Part shown: one piece after another, positions 1 to 9,057 of the stretch
Layout of the letters: the number at the start of each line of letters is the position of its first letter
How positions within the stretch are numbered: the first letter of the stretch is position 1
Assembly (NCBI GenBank): GCA_050293845.1
Contig: JBNKNM010000027.1
Span: 1-41,557 of the forward strand
DNA: 41,557 bases
Reading direction: 5' to 3'
From: Pseudobacteriovorax sp.
GTDB lineage: Bacteria; Bdellovibrionota_B; Oligoflexia; Oligoflexales; Oligoflexaceae
The notes under the pieces: model-generated
Told to the model about the DNA's origin: nothing
Seen by the model: the letters and a program-made list of their open reading frames with translations, nothing else
The model's database searches: none
Program-made: the position numbers and the translations under genes

Positions 1-77
1 CTTGCTAGTGGTCTGGTCAACTAGTCTCCCTTGCGAGTCACCTCACAAGTCCCCTCCTTTAGGTGGGGGTAATTGAC
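1..77 (-). ncRNA. 5' portion of IscB-associated omega RNA (HEARO-like), also the end of an IS200/IS605-family element; truncated by window edge
   Basis: Minus strand reads GTCAATTACCCCCACCTAAAGGAGGGGACTTGTGAGGTGACTCGCAAGGGAGACTAGTTGACCAGAC. GTCAA (77-73) pairs with TTGAC (20-16) and encloses hairpins CCCC-ACC-TAAA-GGA-GGGG and CTTGTGAG-GTGA-CTCGCAAG. This matches the GTCAAnnACCCC..CTAAAG..GGGGCTTG...GTTGACCAG pattern typical of HEARO/IscB omega RNA 5' ends. Confidence 0.8.
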
Positions 78-163
78 AAAGACTTCTTATCTTCCAGTGA
101 CTTCAAAGTCCACTTGTGTAAGAGACTCTCTCTTTGAGGTTTGTGCTGAATACTTTGGCAGCT

Positions 164-1015
164 TTATTTTTTGAGTTCCTTTAAAGCTATGGCTTTCATC
201 CATTGCCAAAGATGCTGTGCTTCTGCTGCAGTAATCCCTGTTTGCGGTGGCATCATCAGGCCTCTTTCCAGGGCATCAATTTTCTTATACTTCACATGAA
301 AAAGCAGGCTTTTGGGATTTCGTTTTTGATAAATAGGTAGCGGGTCCACAAAATCCCAGCCAAAAGTAGCACCCTTTCCGTTGATTCTGTGACAATATTG
401 ACAACGATTAAGAAATACTTCACGACCAGCGATCACCTCAGCATTCCCAGCAACATAGCTAAATGCTGTCCAAAACTTATACTTAATCCACTCGATCTTG
501 TGGAGACTATCCGTGTAGTGAAAAGGGTTGAACTTTCCTTGGGAGATGGAGTAGCTTTCTGTGCGAACCACAATTTTATTATCCATAAACTTGATGGGTC
601 GGGGATCGTTAAAAATGGGATCTGTCTTAATAATTCCTGGAAATTCTGAAGTATACTTTTTGTGAATTTCGCTGTAAATCTGTGTTGCGATGAAAATCTT
701 CATAGCTTTTGCATCAGCTAACATCACAGGAACCCGCATGCCATTCTTAAAATGTAACAGCAAGGCATCGTAGTTCGGGGGAGCTGGTGGGAGAGTTGCC
801 AACAAATCATATCCCATCGCCTTGATGGATTTTCCATATTGAATATCAAAGCCATTATAGGTTTTTGGATTTTCTAACTGAACTTGCAGAGACTTGAGTT
901 TATCTGTATTGTAGTGAGAGTAATGTGACTTTTTCTGGGTAACTAAGGTTATACTGCTCCCTTGAAGTAAAGATGTAATGCAGCATGCAACCAATGCAAT
1001 AAAACATTTGAACAT
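164..1015 (-). CDS. exported mono-heme c-type cytochrome domain protein
   Basis: Signal-peptide-like N-terminus from MFKCFIALVACC (start could be 1045); C-terminal GREVFLNRCQYCH heme motif and distal MMPP Met ligand. Confidence 0.75.
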   Translation of the reverse strand: MFKCFIALVACCITSLLQGSSITLVTQKKSHYSHYNTDKLKSLQVQLENPKTYNGFDIQYGKSIKAMGYDLLATLPPAPPNYDALLLHFKNGMRVPVMLADAKAMKIFIATQIYSEIHKKYTSEFPGIIKTDPIFNDPRPIKFMDNKIVVRTESYSISQGKFNPFHYTDSLHKIEWIKYKFWTAFSYVAGNAEVIAGREVFLNRCQYCHRINGKGATFGWDFVDPLPIYQKRNPKSLLFHVKYKKIDALERGLMMPPQTGITAAEAQHLWQWMKAIALKELKK

Positions 1016-1098
1016 AATGACCTCCACAGATTCATTATATCCCATTTTGCAAAATAATTAAGCTACATTGCATTGCAGTTTATCGGTAACACCAATTA

Positions 1099-1551
1099 TT
1101 ATGATTTAGTAAAATCGTTATCAGTATTTAGCGTATCTGCCAAATATTCATCTGTTATATGTGAGGATACAGTATCTATCTCTTTTGCGTTCTGGATGGC
1201 GTATGCATATCCCTCCGATTTTTGAACAAACCGCTTGATGGCCTTAGGCCATCCGCCAGGCTCCCTTTCTGTATGGCTCACAATAACCGTGGGAATTTCA
1301 GAAACTAGCTTTCCTAGATAACTAGCAATTTCGACACCCGTAATACCATCCAACTCATAGTCTAATATGAGAACGTCATAGTTTTCTAATGCACCGACAG
1401 AGCCTAACTCTATCAAAGAGCCAAAACAATCCAGGTGGACATTTTCTATCTCAGCAGCCCGTTTCATAATGCTTCGATAGGTGGAATCATCATCGATTAG
1501 CACATATGACCTAGTAGAATTTTTAGACTGTTGATTTAAGTTTATTTTCAT
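1099..1551 (-). CDS. stand-alone response regulator receiver protein
   Basis: VLIDDD, LILDYEL (phospho-Asp), VIVS, FVQK receiver motifs; no output domain. Confidence 0.8.
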   Translation of the reverse strand: MKINLNQQSKNSTRSYVLIDDDSTYRSIMKRAAEIENVHLDCFGSLIELGSVGALENYDVLILDYELDGITGVEIASYLGKLVSEIPTVIVSHTEREPGGWPKAIKRFVQKSEGYAYAIQNAKEIDTVSSHITDEYLADTLNTDNDFTKS

Positions 1552-2332
1552 CGATAGCTCTCTTTCGGAGTAAATCGTAGGCTATTCTCCCTACTTTTTA
1601 ACGGGACTCGTTTGCTGATAGGGACTCCTTTGCTTGTCCCTCCTGATTATTAATCTATCGACATCACTGAACCTCTTTTCGATTACTTTGAAGTAAAGAA
1701 GTCATTGTTTGCTTTAAGGTCTAAATAATACTATTTATATCGACTTGATTGTGTCTGAACCCTGACCATAACTTATGTCAGGACCAATGCAAAAAAAGCT
1801 AGCCTATCCTATAAACCAAAGATCCGGTGAGATAATTTTCTAAAAACGTTTCTTAATTTTGCCTCAAAATGCGTGCTCTGGCACCGGACATAATCTCACG
1901 AGATGAAACCATGCTACCTCCAGGTCAAAACAAGGCAAAAGGTCCTAAAACTATGAGATGACCAGATGCGTTTACAAGAAGACAGGTTTTATGGACTAGG
2001 TAAAATAGTCGTAATAAAAGATAGTGCTATTCTAGCCTCCGCTGGGAAAATTAAGTGAGGTATTTACAAGTTTTGGTAAATTTTTGCTAAATTCTGGCAA
2101 ATCTCATTAATTTGATATGCTTGATTTGGTTATAACTAGCTATTATTTCAATAAAAACAAGATAGGCATAGATTCTGCATGTCAGGTGATGGCCATTGCA
2201 CCTGAGGGGTCCCATTAATCTTTGCTCCAGCATCGATGTGATTAGCCAAGGTAGCTTTCCTGCCAAAATGCTTTTGGAGGCTATAATGGTTTGGCAATTG
2301 CTGGAGGACAACAACTTTCTGAGGACAACGAG

Positions 2333-2737
2333 ATGACCTTACTTAGCTTTAAAGAACTCTTAAAGGGAAAGAGCTTGTTAATTGTAGAAGATGAAGATAT
2401 CCAAAGAGAATATATGTGCGATGAGATTGCAGCCTATATTAGCTGCGATGGAGCCTCTAGTTATGAGGAAGCCACACGCATTCTGGCGGAAAAACCTTAT
2501 GATTTTCTTTTGTCTGATATTCATCTGACTCGTTCCGCAGATGATAAGTCTGAAGGCTTAAAAGTAATGAGCTTTGCTAAAGAAAAATTTCCTGATATTA
2601 CAGTAATTGGTATGTCCACAGATAACACTGTACCAAAGATTGATGCCATGGATCACTTTGCCACAAAGCCTTTGATGGGTGCCGATGCTATTATGGAGGC
2701 TCTTTTTACTGGATTTAAGGGAAATCATGAGTCCTGA
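2333..2737 (+). CDS. stand-alone response regulator receiver protein
   Basis: LLIVEDE, LLSDIHL, GMST, ATKP motifs; GAGGA RBS before ATG at 2333. Confidence 0.85.
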   Translation: MTLLSFKELLKGKSLLIVEDEDIQREYMCDEIAAYISCDGASSYEEATRILAEKPYDFLLSDIHLTRSADDKSEGLKVMSFAKEKFPDITVIGMSTDNTVPKIDAMDHFATKPLMGADAIMEALFTGFKGNHES

Positions 2738-2870
2738 ACACGTTCTTGCTAGTTTCCGCCATTTCCCTAGGAAATATCATCATTGATTGCATATTCAGTA
2801 GGTAAATTTTTCTCGTCCCCCTATTTACCCTCCACCCGATATCCTTTCCAGACAACCTTTGGAAAAATAG

Positions 2871-5800
2871 ATGTATTACAATAACAAAAACCTAATATTC
2901 TCCCCCTCAGACCTAACCACCTACTGGGAATCCGCATACGCATCGTGGATGGATCGCTATAACCTAGAAAACCCAGGAAGAGTCAAGAAAGATCCCGAAG
3001 ATGAGATGATGAAAGTACTTCAAGAAAAAGGTTATACTCATGAGAAAAATATCTTAAATAAAATGCAGTCAGAAGGACTCTTTATTAAAACAATAGATTC
3101 AAAGGGGAGTAATCCAATAGTAGAAACCATTAGCGCTCTTCAAGAAGGTTATGACATCATCTACCAGGGCAAACTTCAAGACGACCGTTTCACAGGTTTT
3201 GCAGATTTTATCGTAAAGGTACAAGGTTCATCAAATTTAGGAGACTATCATTATGAAGTCTGGGACACAAAACTGGCCAGCAAACTAAAACCATACTTCG
3301 TCATCCAATTATGCACCTACTCTCAGATGTTAAGTGAAATACAGGGAATATGGCCTAAAGAATTGGTCGTCCTACTAGGGAATGGTGAAAAGAAAAAACT
3401 CTCTATCAATGACTATGTTTACTATTACACAGCTCTACGGGAACGATTTTTGGATTTTCAGGATAACTTTGATCCTAAGGCTACCTATGAACCGGAGCGA
3501 TCTCGTTCCTATGGCAAATGGGAGAATCACGCTAAAGAACAAATCGTTAACAGCGATTCCCTGATGCAAATTGCTAATATCAGCAAGAACCAAGTCAAAA
3601 ACCTGTCAAAGGCTGGCATAAACACCATGAAGGCTTTAGCTGCAAGTAAATTAGATTCCGTCAGCAAGATCTCAGACCACGTATTGGAACGCCTCAGGAA
3701 ACAAGCTCAAGTTCAGATTAAAAGCGAAGGAAAAGACGTACCCTACTGGGAGGTCAAAGACCATAGTCAGTATGTTGAGCAAAACAAAGGACTATTCTTG
3801 CTCCCTCCCGCCTCCCCAAATGATGTCTACTTCGATATCGAAGGTTATCCCATCATGGAAGGTGGACTAGAGTACCTTTGGGGGAACTCCTATTATGAAG
3901 GAGATAAGTTGGTCTTCAAGGATTTTTGGGCTCACGACCGAGCGCAAGAACAAAAAGCGTTTGAGGGCTTTGTGGACTGGATCATGACCCGTTGGCAAAA
4001 CGATCATAATATGCATGTCTACCACTATGCCCCATATGAAATTACTGTATTAAAGCGCCTAATGAGTCGTTATGCCTCTAAGGAAGAAGAGGTTGATCAG
4101 CTGCTGAGACATGGGGTCTTTGTGGACCTTTATCAAGTAGTCAAGCAAGGCGTTTGGATTGGAGAACCTCGATACTCCATCAAAAATGTGGAGCGCATTT
4201 ACAGGGGTAAAAGGGCAACTGATGTAGCCAGTGGCAGTGAGTCTGTCGTGTTCTACAATGCCTGGTTAGAAGACAAGGATGGAGAAACCTGGCAGGAGTC
4301 CAAGATCCTGAAGGAGATACGGGATTATAATATTGATGATTGCGAGTCTACCTACCAGCTAACTGAATGGCTCAGAGAGATTCAAAAAGCAGAAGGTATT
4401 GCACCCAAATTAGATTTCTTTGCAGCAGATGATATCATTATCCCCGAGTCTGACGACTTAGCTCTCAGACAAAGCCTAAAAGAACATAGTAAAACCTATA
4501 GAGAAGCCGAGATGATTTCCCATCTTATAGATTTTCATCAGAGAGAAGACAGACCAGGGTGGTGGGAGTATTTCAATCGTTTTGAAATGTCTCAAGACGA
4601 ATTAGCCGAAGACTTAAGTACCCTTGTCGGTTTAAGAAAGTTGGACAAAGATCCAAAGCCAGTTAAAAAATCCCTGGTCCATTTTTACTCTTTCGACAAT
4701 AGGCAGAATAGCAAAGTCAAAAAGGGCGATAAACTAGAACTTCTTTCTTCAGAAAAAAAACAAAAAGTAGAGATTTATGACATAGATTACAAGGAAAGGA
4801 TTGCTTCCATTAAAGTTGGCAATAAGGTTGCACTTGATGAGATCATTAACCTAGTTCCAGAAGGACCTTTTAATAAGAAGGGTATGAAACGTGCTATATC
4901 AGAGTTCGCTGAGGCCTGGAGCAAAGATCCAAGCATAAATAATGCTATTGCCAAGTTTCTGCGCAAGGATCGTCCCGAGTTTAAGGATGGTATCAAAGGC
5001 AAGCTTATAGATCAGTCACAAGAAATCATCCCACAGATCATAGATCGCTGCCTTCAGCTTAATCACAGCAGTCTATGCATTCAAGGGCCTCCAGGTGCCG
5101 GCAAGACCTATACGGCCTCTCATCTTATCTGCGAGCTTATTAAGCAAGGATATACCGTCGGTATTAGTTCTAATTCTCATAAGGCCATTAACAACCTCTT
5201 AGCTAGAGCCGTTAAGCAAGTCAATGAGAATATAGGTCAAAAAGTCTATTTTAAGGTGGATAAAACCGGAGGTGAGGACGAGCTTTACCTAGATGGATCG
5301 ATCCAAAATATTAAGCAGATCGATGATATTCCAGACGGCTACTCCATTATTGGTGGCACGGCCTTCGCTTTTGCCAGGAAAGCTGCAAATGGGCTTGTGG
5401 ATTATCTCTTTATTGATGAGGCTGGACAGGTAGCTATTGCCAATCTTTGTACCATGGCATTCGCGGCAAAAAACTATATTTTCATGGGCGATCAGATGCA
5501 ACTAGCCCAACCTACTCAAGGAACCCATCCTGGTAATAGTGGCGAATCGATCCTGGATTATTTACTTGATGGAAAGGCTATCATTCCCGATGATATGGGA
5601 GTGTTGCTCCCCATTAGTTATAGGATGCACCCTTCCCTATGCCAGACCGTATCAGATATGATCTATGAGTCTAAATTAAAACCTTCAGACGACACCCAGA
5701 GATTAGCCATACAAGGGGTGAATCATCCTCAGATCAATGCAGAGCATGGGATCATCTTCGTTCCTGTAGAACATGAAGGGAACAGCCAGGCTAGTGAAGA

Positions 5801-6227
5801 AGAGGCTGCGATGGTCAAAGAGGTCTATACTTCATTACTGGGATCACAGTTTTTGGGTAAATCTAAAAATGATGATCGTAGGGTAAGCCCTGAAGATATT
5901 CTTATTGTGACTCCTTTTAATTTTCAGGTAACTAAGCTTAAGGAGGCTCTTGGTGATGAAGCTAAAATTGGATCAGTTGATAAGTTTCAAGGTCAAGAAG
6001 CTCCTGTGGTGATTATTTCTATGGTAGCCTCTGAGGGAAATTCTGGTCGTGGAGCTGATTTCTTGTTTAGCAAAAATCGCATGAACGTAGCAATTTCTCG
6101 GGCTCAAGCTCTGGTTGTTTTGGTTGCTAATCCTAATCTAGCGACAACATTTACTACTAGTGTGGAGAGCATGTCGCTTGTTAATATGTTTTGTAAACTA
6201 GTAGCACGGAAGGAGATCAAAAATTGA
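2871..6227 (+). CDS. TM0106-family RecB-like nuclease fused to RNase_H_2/DEDD exonuclease and DNA2/NAM7-type SF1 helicase
   Basis: FSPSDL N-terminus; GFADF..EVWDTK PD-(D/E)XK motif; YFDIEG..HYAPYE..VDLY..YSIKNVE..YNIDDC exonuclease; GPPGAGKT, IDEAGQ, GDQMQL, SYRMHP, SVDKFQGQEA, RMNVAISRA helicase motifs. Confidence 0.9.
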   Translation: MYYNNKNLIFSPSDLTTYWESAYASWMDRYNLENPGRVKKDPEDEMMKVLQEKGYTHEKNILNKMQSEGLFIKTIDSKGSNPIVETISALQEGYDIIYQGKLQDDRFTGFADFIVKVQGSSNLGDYHYEVWDTKLASKLKPYFVIQLCTYSQMLSEIQGIWPKELVVLLGNGEKKKLSINDYVYYYTALRERFLDFQDNFDPKATYEPERSRSYGKWENHAKEQIVNSDSLMQIANISKNQVKNLSKAGINTMKALAASKLDSVSKISDHVLERLRKQAQVQIKSEGKDVPYWEVKDHSQYVEQNKGLFLLPPASPNDVYFDIEGYPIMEGGLEYLWGNSYYEGDKLVFKDFWAHDRAQEQKAFEGFVDWIMTRWQNDHNMHVYHYAPYEITVLKRLMSRYASKEEEVDQLLRHGVFVDLYQVVKQGVWIGEPRYSIKNVERIYRGKRATDVASGSESVVFYNAWLEDKDGETWQESKILKEIRDYNIDDCESTYQLTEWLREIQKAEGIAPKLDFFAADDIIIPESDDLALRQSLKEHSKTYREAEMISHLIDFHQREDRPGWWEYFNRFEMSQDELAEDLSTLVGLRKLDKDPKPVKKSLVHFYSFDNRQNSKVKKGDKLELLSSEKKQKVEIYDIDYKERIASIKVGNKVALDEIINLVPEGPFNKKGMKRAISEFAEAWSKDPSINNAIAKFLRKDRPEFKDGIKGKLIDQSQEIIPQIIDRCLQLNHSSLCIQGPPGAGKTYTASHLICELIKQGYTVGISSNSHKAINNLLARAVKQVNENIGQKVYFKVDKTGGEDELYLDGSIQNIKQIDDIPDGYSIIGGTAFAFARKAANGLVDYLFIDEAGQVAIANLCTMAFAAKNYIFMGDQMQLAQPTQGTHPGNSGESILDYLLDGKAIIPDDMGVLLPISYRMHPSLCQTVSDMIYESKLKPSDDTQRLAIQGVNHPQINAEHGIIFVPVEHEGNSQASEEEAAMVKEVYTSLLGSQFLGKSKNDDRRVSPEDILIVTPFNFQVTKLKEALGDEAKIGSVDKFQGQEAPVVIISMVASEGNSGRGADFLFSKNRMNVAISRAQALVVLVANPNLATTFTTSVESMSLVNMFCKLVARKEIKN

Positions 6228-6315
6228 TTCCTAACTTTAAGCGCCCCGATTCAAAACAGACCTCCGTCGCGGCGCAAAGTAAAATCATTTTTGTTTAAAC
6301 CCTAGATATTCGTCC

Positions 6316-6528
6316 TTAAATTTTTTTCTGTTCATACGGCTTAAAGAATGACGCCGATTCCTTCTGGGCATCATCTTTCGACATCGAATAACGTCTTTTT
6401 AGGACTTCTGGCAACTTATTGTGATTTGCAACGATCTCTTTTACTTCAGGGCTTGTTAGTTTCGACCACTTAGTGCTCAATGCTAAGCTAATTTTTGCTT
6501 CTGGGTTTGTACTTTGCTGGCTTTCCAT
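6316..6528 (-). CDS. CsbD/YjbJ-like small general stress protein
   Basis: KWSKLT..EV..I......L...L..RYSMSKDDAQKE resembles the CsbD pattern KWGKLT.DD...I.G....L.G.IQERYG..K..A.KE; AAGGA RBS. Confidence 0.65.
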   Translation of the reverse strand: MESQQSTNPEAKISLALSTKWSKLTSPEVKEIVANHNKLPEVLKRRYSMSKDDAQKESASFFKPYEQKKI

Positions 6529-6583
6529 TTTTGTTTCCTTTCAAGAAAAACATATTAATGAAATCTAGAGCCAGTCATTTATA

Positions 6584-6600
6584 TGCATATCTTATGCCAG
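6584..6600 (-). promoter_or_regulatory. sigma-54 (-24/-12) promoter of the csbD-like gene
   Basis: Minus strand CTGGCATAAGATATGCA = TGGC, GG-N10-GC spacing, about 55 nt upstream of the start codon. Confidence 0.65.
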
Positions 6601-6934
6601 AGATTTATTAACGTATCACTCACCCCAAAAATCCGGAAAAACTTAGTCCGAAGAAAGATCATGGGGCCGCTATACAAAAACTTAATTAATTCTCATCCTT
6701 TATCCGGAATGTGAAAATTCGTCGCTTTCTACGTTATGCCAAGCTTACGAAATTCTAAGGTATCACCTTTACACATTCGTACCATTAAATCTAGTTGTCT
6801 GTAGCTTGGCAATCGGATGTCAGATACTGTTGTCGCTCTTTTTTAAAAATGTAGTCAATTGACAGCATTTGAGTTTTTAATTGCAAATCACTGTATTGGT
6901 CATTATATGGCGCTATCGCTGACGTAGCGAACAT

Positions 6935-8302
6935 TTAATTACGAAATTCGTCCTGATGGATATGATGCTTCTCCATCAATCGATAAAGATCGGACCGAAA
7001 TCTTCCAGCGAGATGGGAGGCTTCCGTTACATTTCCTCGGGTAAGTGTTAGAATTTTGCGAAGATATTGGATTTCGAAAGCTTTTTTTGCTTCTGTGAAA
7101 GTAAGAAGATCTTCGTTTAATCGAAGCTGGCTGCCCTTTCCAGACAATGTTTCCTTTTGGCTAAACATGCGCTCAATATGAAGCTCGCTGTCCTTTGATA
7201 GAACAATAGCACGTTCAATGCTGTTTTGCAGCTCACGAATATTGCCAGGCCACTTGTATGACTTTAATCTAGACATCAGTTCTTTGGATGGCATTTTAAT
7301 CTGCCGGTTGTAACGCTTATTAAGTTTATCAACTAGATACTCCGTCAGGAGTGGGATGTCACCTTGCCTCTCACGCAATGGAGGAATATCTATTAAGAAT
7401 ACAGAAACTCTAAAAAACAAGTCGTCTCTAAAGTTCCCATGGTCCACCTCTTCTCTAAGATTCTTATTGGTAGCTGCAAGAACCCTGGTGTTAATTTTTA
7501 ATGTCTGGGTTGATCCAATGGGTTTGATTTCTTTTTCCTGCAAAACCCGAAGTAATTTTACTTGTAGGGAAAGTGGCATTTCGCCAATTTCATCAAGAAA
7601 CAGTGTTCCTTCAGAACAGACTTCAAATATACCCTTCTTGTCGGTCTTGGCATCAGTAAATGCACCTTTTTTGTACCCAAACAGTTCAGATTCGAGTAAA
7701 TTTTCAGGAATAGCTCCGCAGTTAATAGCTTCAAAACGATGCGTTGAACGATTAGATATCGAGTGTAGAGCTCTTGCAACAAGCTCCTTACCAGTACCGG
7801 ACTCTCCTGATATTAAAATGGTGGCATCAACGTCTTTGAGTTGCTCAAGTTCATGAAACAAGTTCTTCATGGGATCGCTATTTCCCATTAACCCCAATTT
7901 TTTAAAAACCTGATGAATTGGCTCAATGGTTTCAATCTTGCGTCCGATTCGCTTTTTAAGCTCTTCTGCTATCTTTTGTGGATTATTCGACTTTGATATA
8001 AAAGATGCAGCTCCTTTGTCCATAGCATCGACCGCAAGATCAATGGAACCACCGGCGCTCATTACAATGACTTTAGTAAAGGGATACTCACGAGCAATAT
8101 ATGGAACTAAATCCATACCATCTTCTTCGCCAAGTCTCATGTCTAGTAAAACAGCATCAAAAGTAAATAACGCAAGAACTTTTTTCGCAGTCGCAATAGA
8201 GTTTGCTATTTCACACCTAAATTCATGCTGTCTAAAATACCCAGCGAAGATAGCTTGTTGTGCTTCATCATCCTCCACAATCAATACTCTAGCATATTTC
8301 AT
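6935..8302 (-). CDS. NtrC-family sigma-54 enhancer-binding response regulator (REC-AAA+-Fis HTH)
   Basis: VLIVEDD..VLLDMRL receiver; GESGTGKE Walker A; ESELFGYKKGAFTDA; LFLDEIGE; WPGNIRELQN; GNVTEASHLAG HTH; likely start MKYARV at 8302. Confidence 0.93.
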   Translation of the reverse strand: MKYARVLIVEDDEAQQAIFAGYFRQHEFRCEIANSIATAKKVLALFTFDAVLLDMRLGEEDGMDLVPYIAREYPFTKVIVMSAGGSIDLAVDAMDKGAASFISKSNNPQKIAEELKKRIGRKIETIEPIHQVFKKLGLMGNSDPMKNLFHELEQLKDVDATILISGESGTGKELVARALHSISNRSTHRFEAINCGAIPENLLESELFGYKKGAFTDAKTDKKGIFEVCSEGTLFLDEIGEMPLSLQVKLLRVLQEKEIKPIGSTQTLKINTRVLAATNKNLREEVDHGNFRDDLFFRVSVFLIDIPPLRERQGDIPLLTEYLVDKLNKRYNRQIKMPSKELMSRLKSYKWPGNIRELQNSIERAIVLSKDSELHIERMFSQKETLSGKGSQLRLNEDLLTFTEAKKAFEIQYLRKILTLTRGNVTEASHLAGRFRSDLYRLMEKHHIHQDEFRN

Positions 8303-8431
8303 AAAAATAGACTTTCTTTCTATATGCGCAGCAATATAGCTCGCAGTAGCATACCATTTACGAGGGTTAAATTCAACTAATGGATGGCTCGATATGTGCA
8401 TATGGCATTTTAGGCAAAAAGGAGACGTCAA

Positions 8432-8812
8432 TTGTCGAATGATAACGAAAAAGTGGCTAAGATCGATTTGAACAAACTGCAGAGTTTATTACCGTTCGGT
8501 GAAATGGAAGATCGCGTTAAAGTTTATCAAAATTTTCGATTAGAAGCATTTAACTATCTAAAACAACTTGAATTAAGTGTTGATCAACAAAGCCTCAACG
8601 AAATTGTAGGAGCAGCGAACAAATTTGGTCGCTCCGCTTTAATTTTTGGAGGAAATGAACTTGCAAAATGTTGTTCGGAATTAGCTACTAGAGTCTCCAA
8701 GAATGACTTCAATGTTTCAAGAGAGAGCTTGCTAACCATCATCAAGGAAAAAAACCGCCTCATTAAAGCCATCGATGATGAAGTCTGTCATCTTAAAAGA
8801 AATTGTAGTTAA
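8432..8812 (+). CDS. Hpt-fold protein lacking the phospho-accepting His (pseudo-Hpt)
   Basis: N-terminal IDLNKLQSL and AANKFGRSALIFGGNELAKCCSELA align to the Hpt consensus AAHxLKGSAxxxGAxxLxxxCxxLE with H replaced by N; AGGAG RBS, TTG start. Confidence 0.6.
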   Translation: MSNDNEKVAKIDLNKLQSLLPFGEMEDRVKVYQNFRLEAFNYLKQLELSVDQQSLNEIVGAANKFGRSALIFGGNELAKCCSELATRVSKNDFNVSRESLLTIIKEKNRLIKAIDDEVCHLKRNCS

Positions 8813-8998
8813 ATACCGACATCTTGTTGGTAAATGACGACACAACTTGAATACTTTCCCCAATCTAATTCGACATACATGACTCATTTGCTTTTCTAGA
8901 CCTGATGATAAGTACATTCATTAGTACCAGCAGTTACCTTTCATAGGGAGGTTGTCTGCACCCATGTTCAGTATACGTTGAATACCTATATGCCTTTG

Positions 8999-9015
8999 TT
9001 GGTATAAATAATGCA
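8999..9015 (+). promoter_or_regulatory. putative sigma-54 promoter of the lapA-like/hflK/hflC/PRC operon
   Basis: TTGGTATAAATAATGCA: GG-N10-GC spacing, about 43 nt upstream of ATG 9058; deviates from the TGGCAC consensus. Confidence 0.45.
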
Positions 9016-9057
9016 CTACAAAAACACTAAGCCTAGAAGTTTTCAGTTGGAGAGAAT

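Noticed and set aside
1761..1790. dif/Xer recombination site
   Set aside because: The CATAA..TTATG core has a 1-nt rather than 6-nt spacer and lacks the TTATGTTAAAT XerD arm
1879..1895. TGGCAC as a sigma-54 -24 box
   Set aside because: No GC at the -12 position (GG-N10-AA)
2087..2314. 75-aa minus-strand ORF
   Set aside because: No RBS or motif, and it overlaps the promoter region of the plus-strand receiver gene
7645..7670. GAFTDA instead of GAFTGA as a sign of a sigma-54-independent activator
   Set aside because: GAFTDA is a common variant that keeps the critical F and T residues, and -24/-12 motifs flank the locus
7356..8339. Plus-strand ORFs of 166 and 137 aa
   Set aside because: Antisense shadows of the well-supported NtrC-family gene; the same applies to short ORFs inside hflKC, the kinase, the helicases, the MCP, DUF5695 and yqjG
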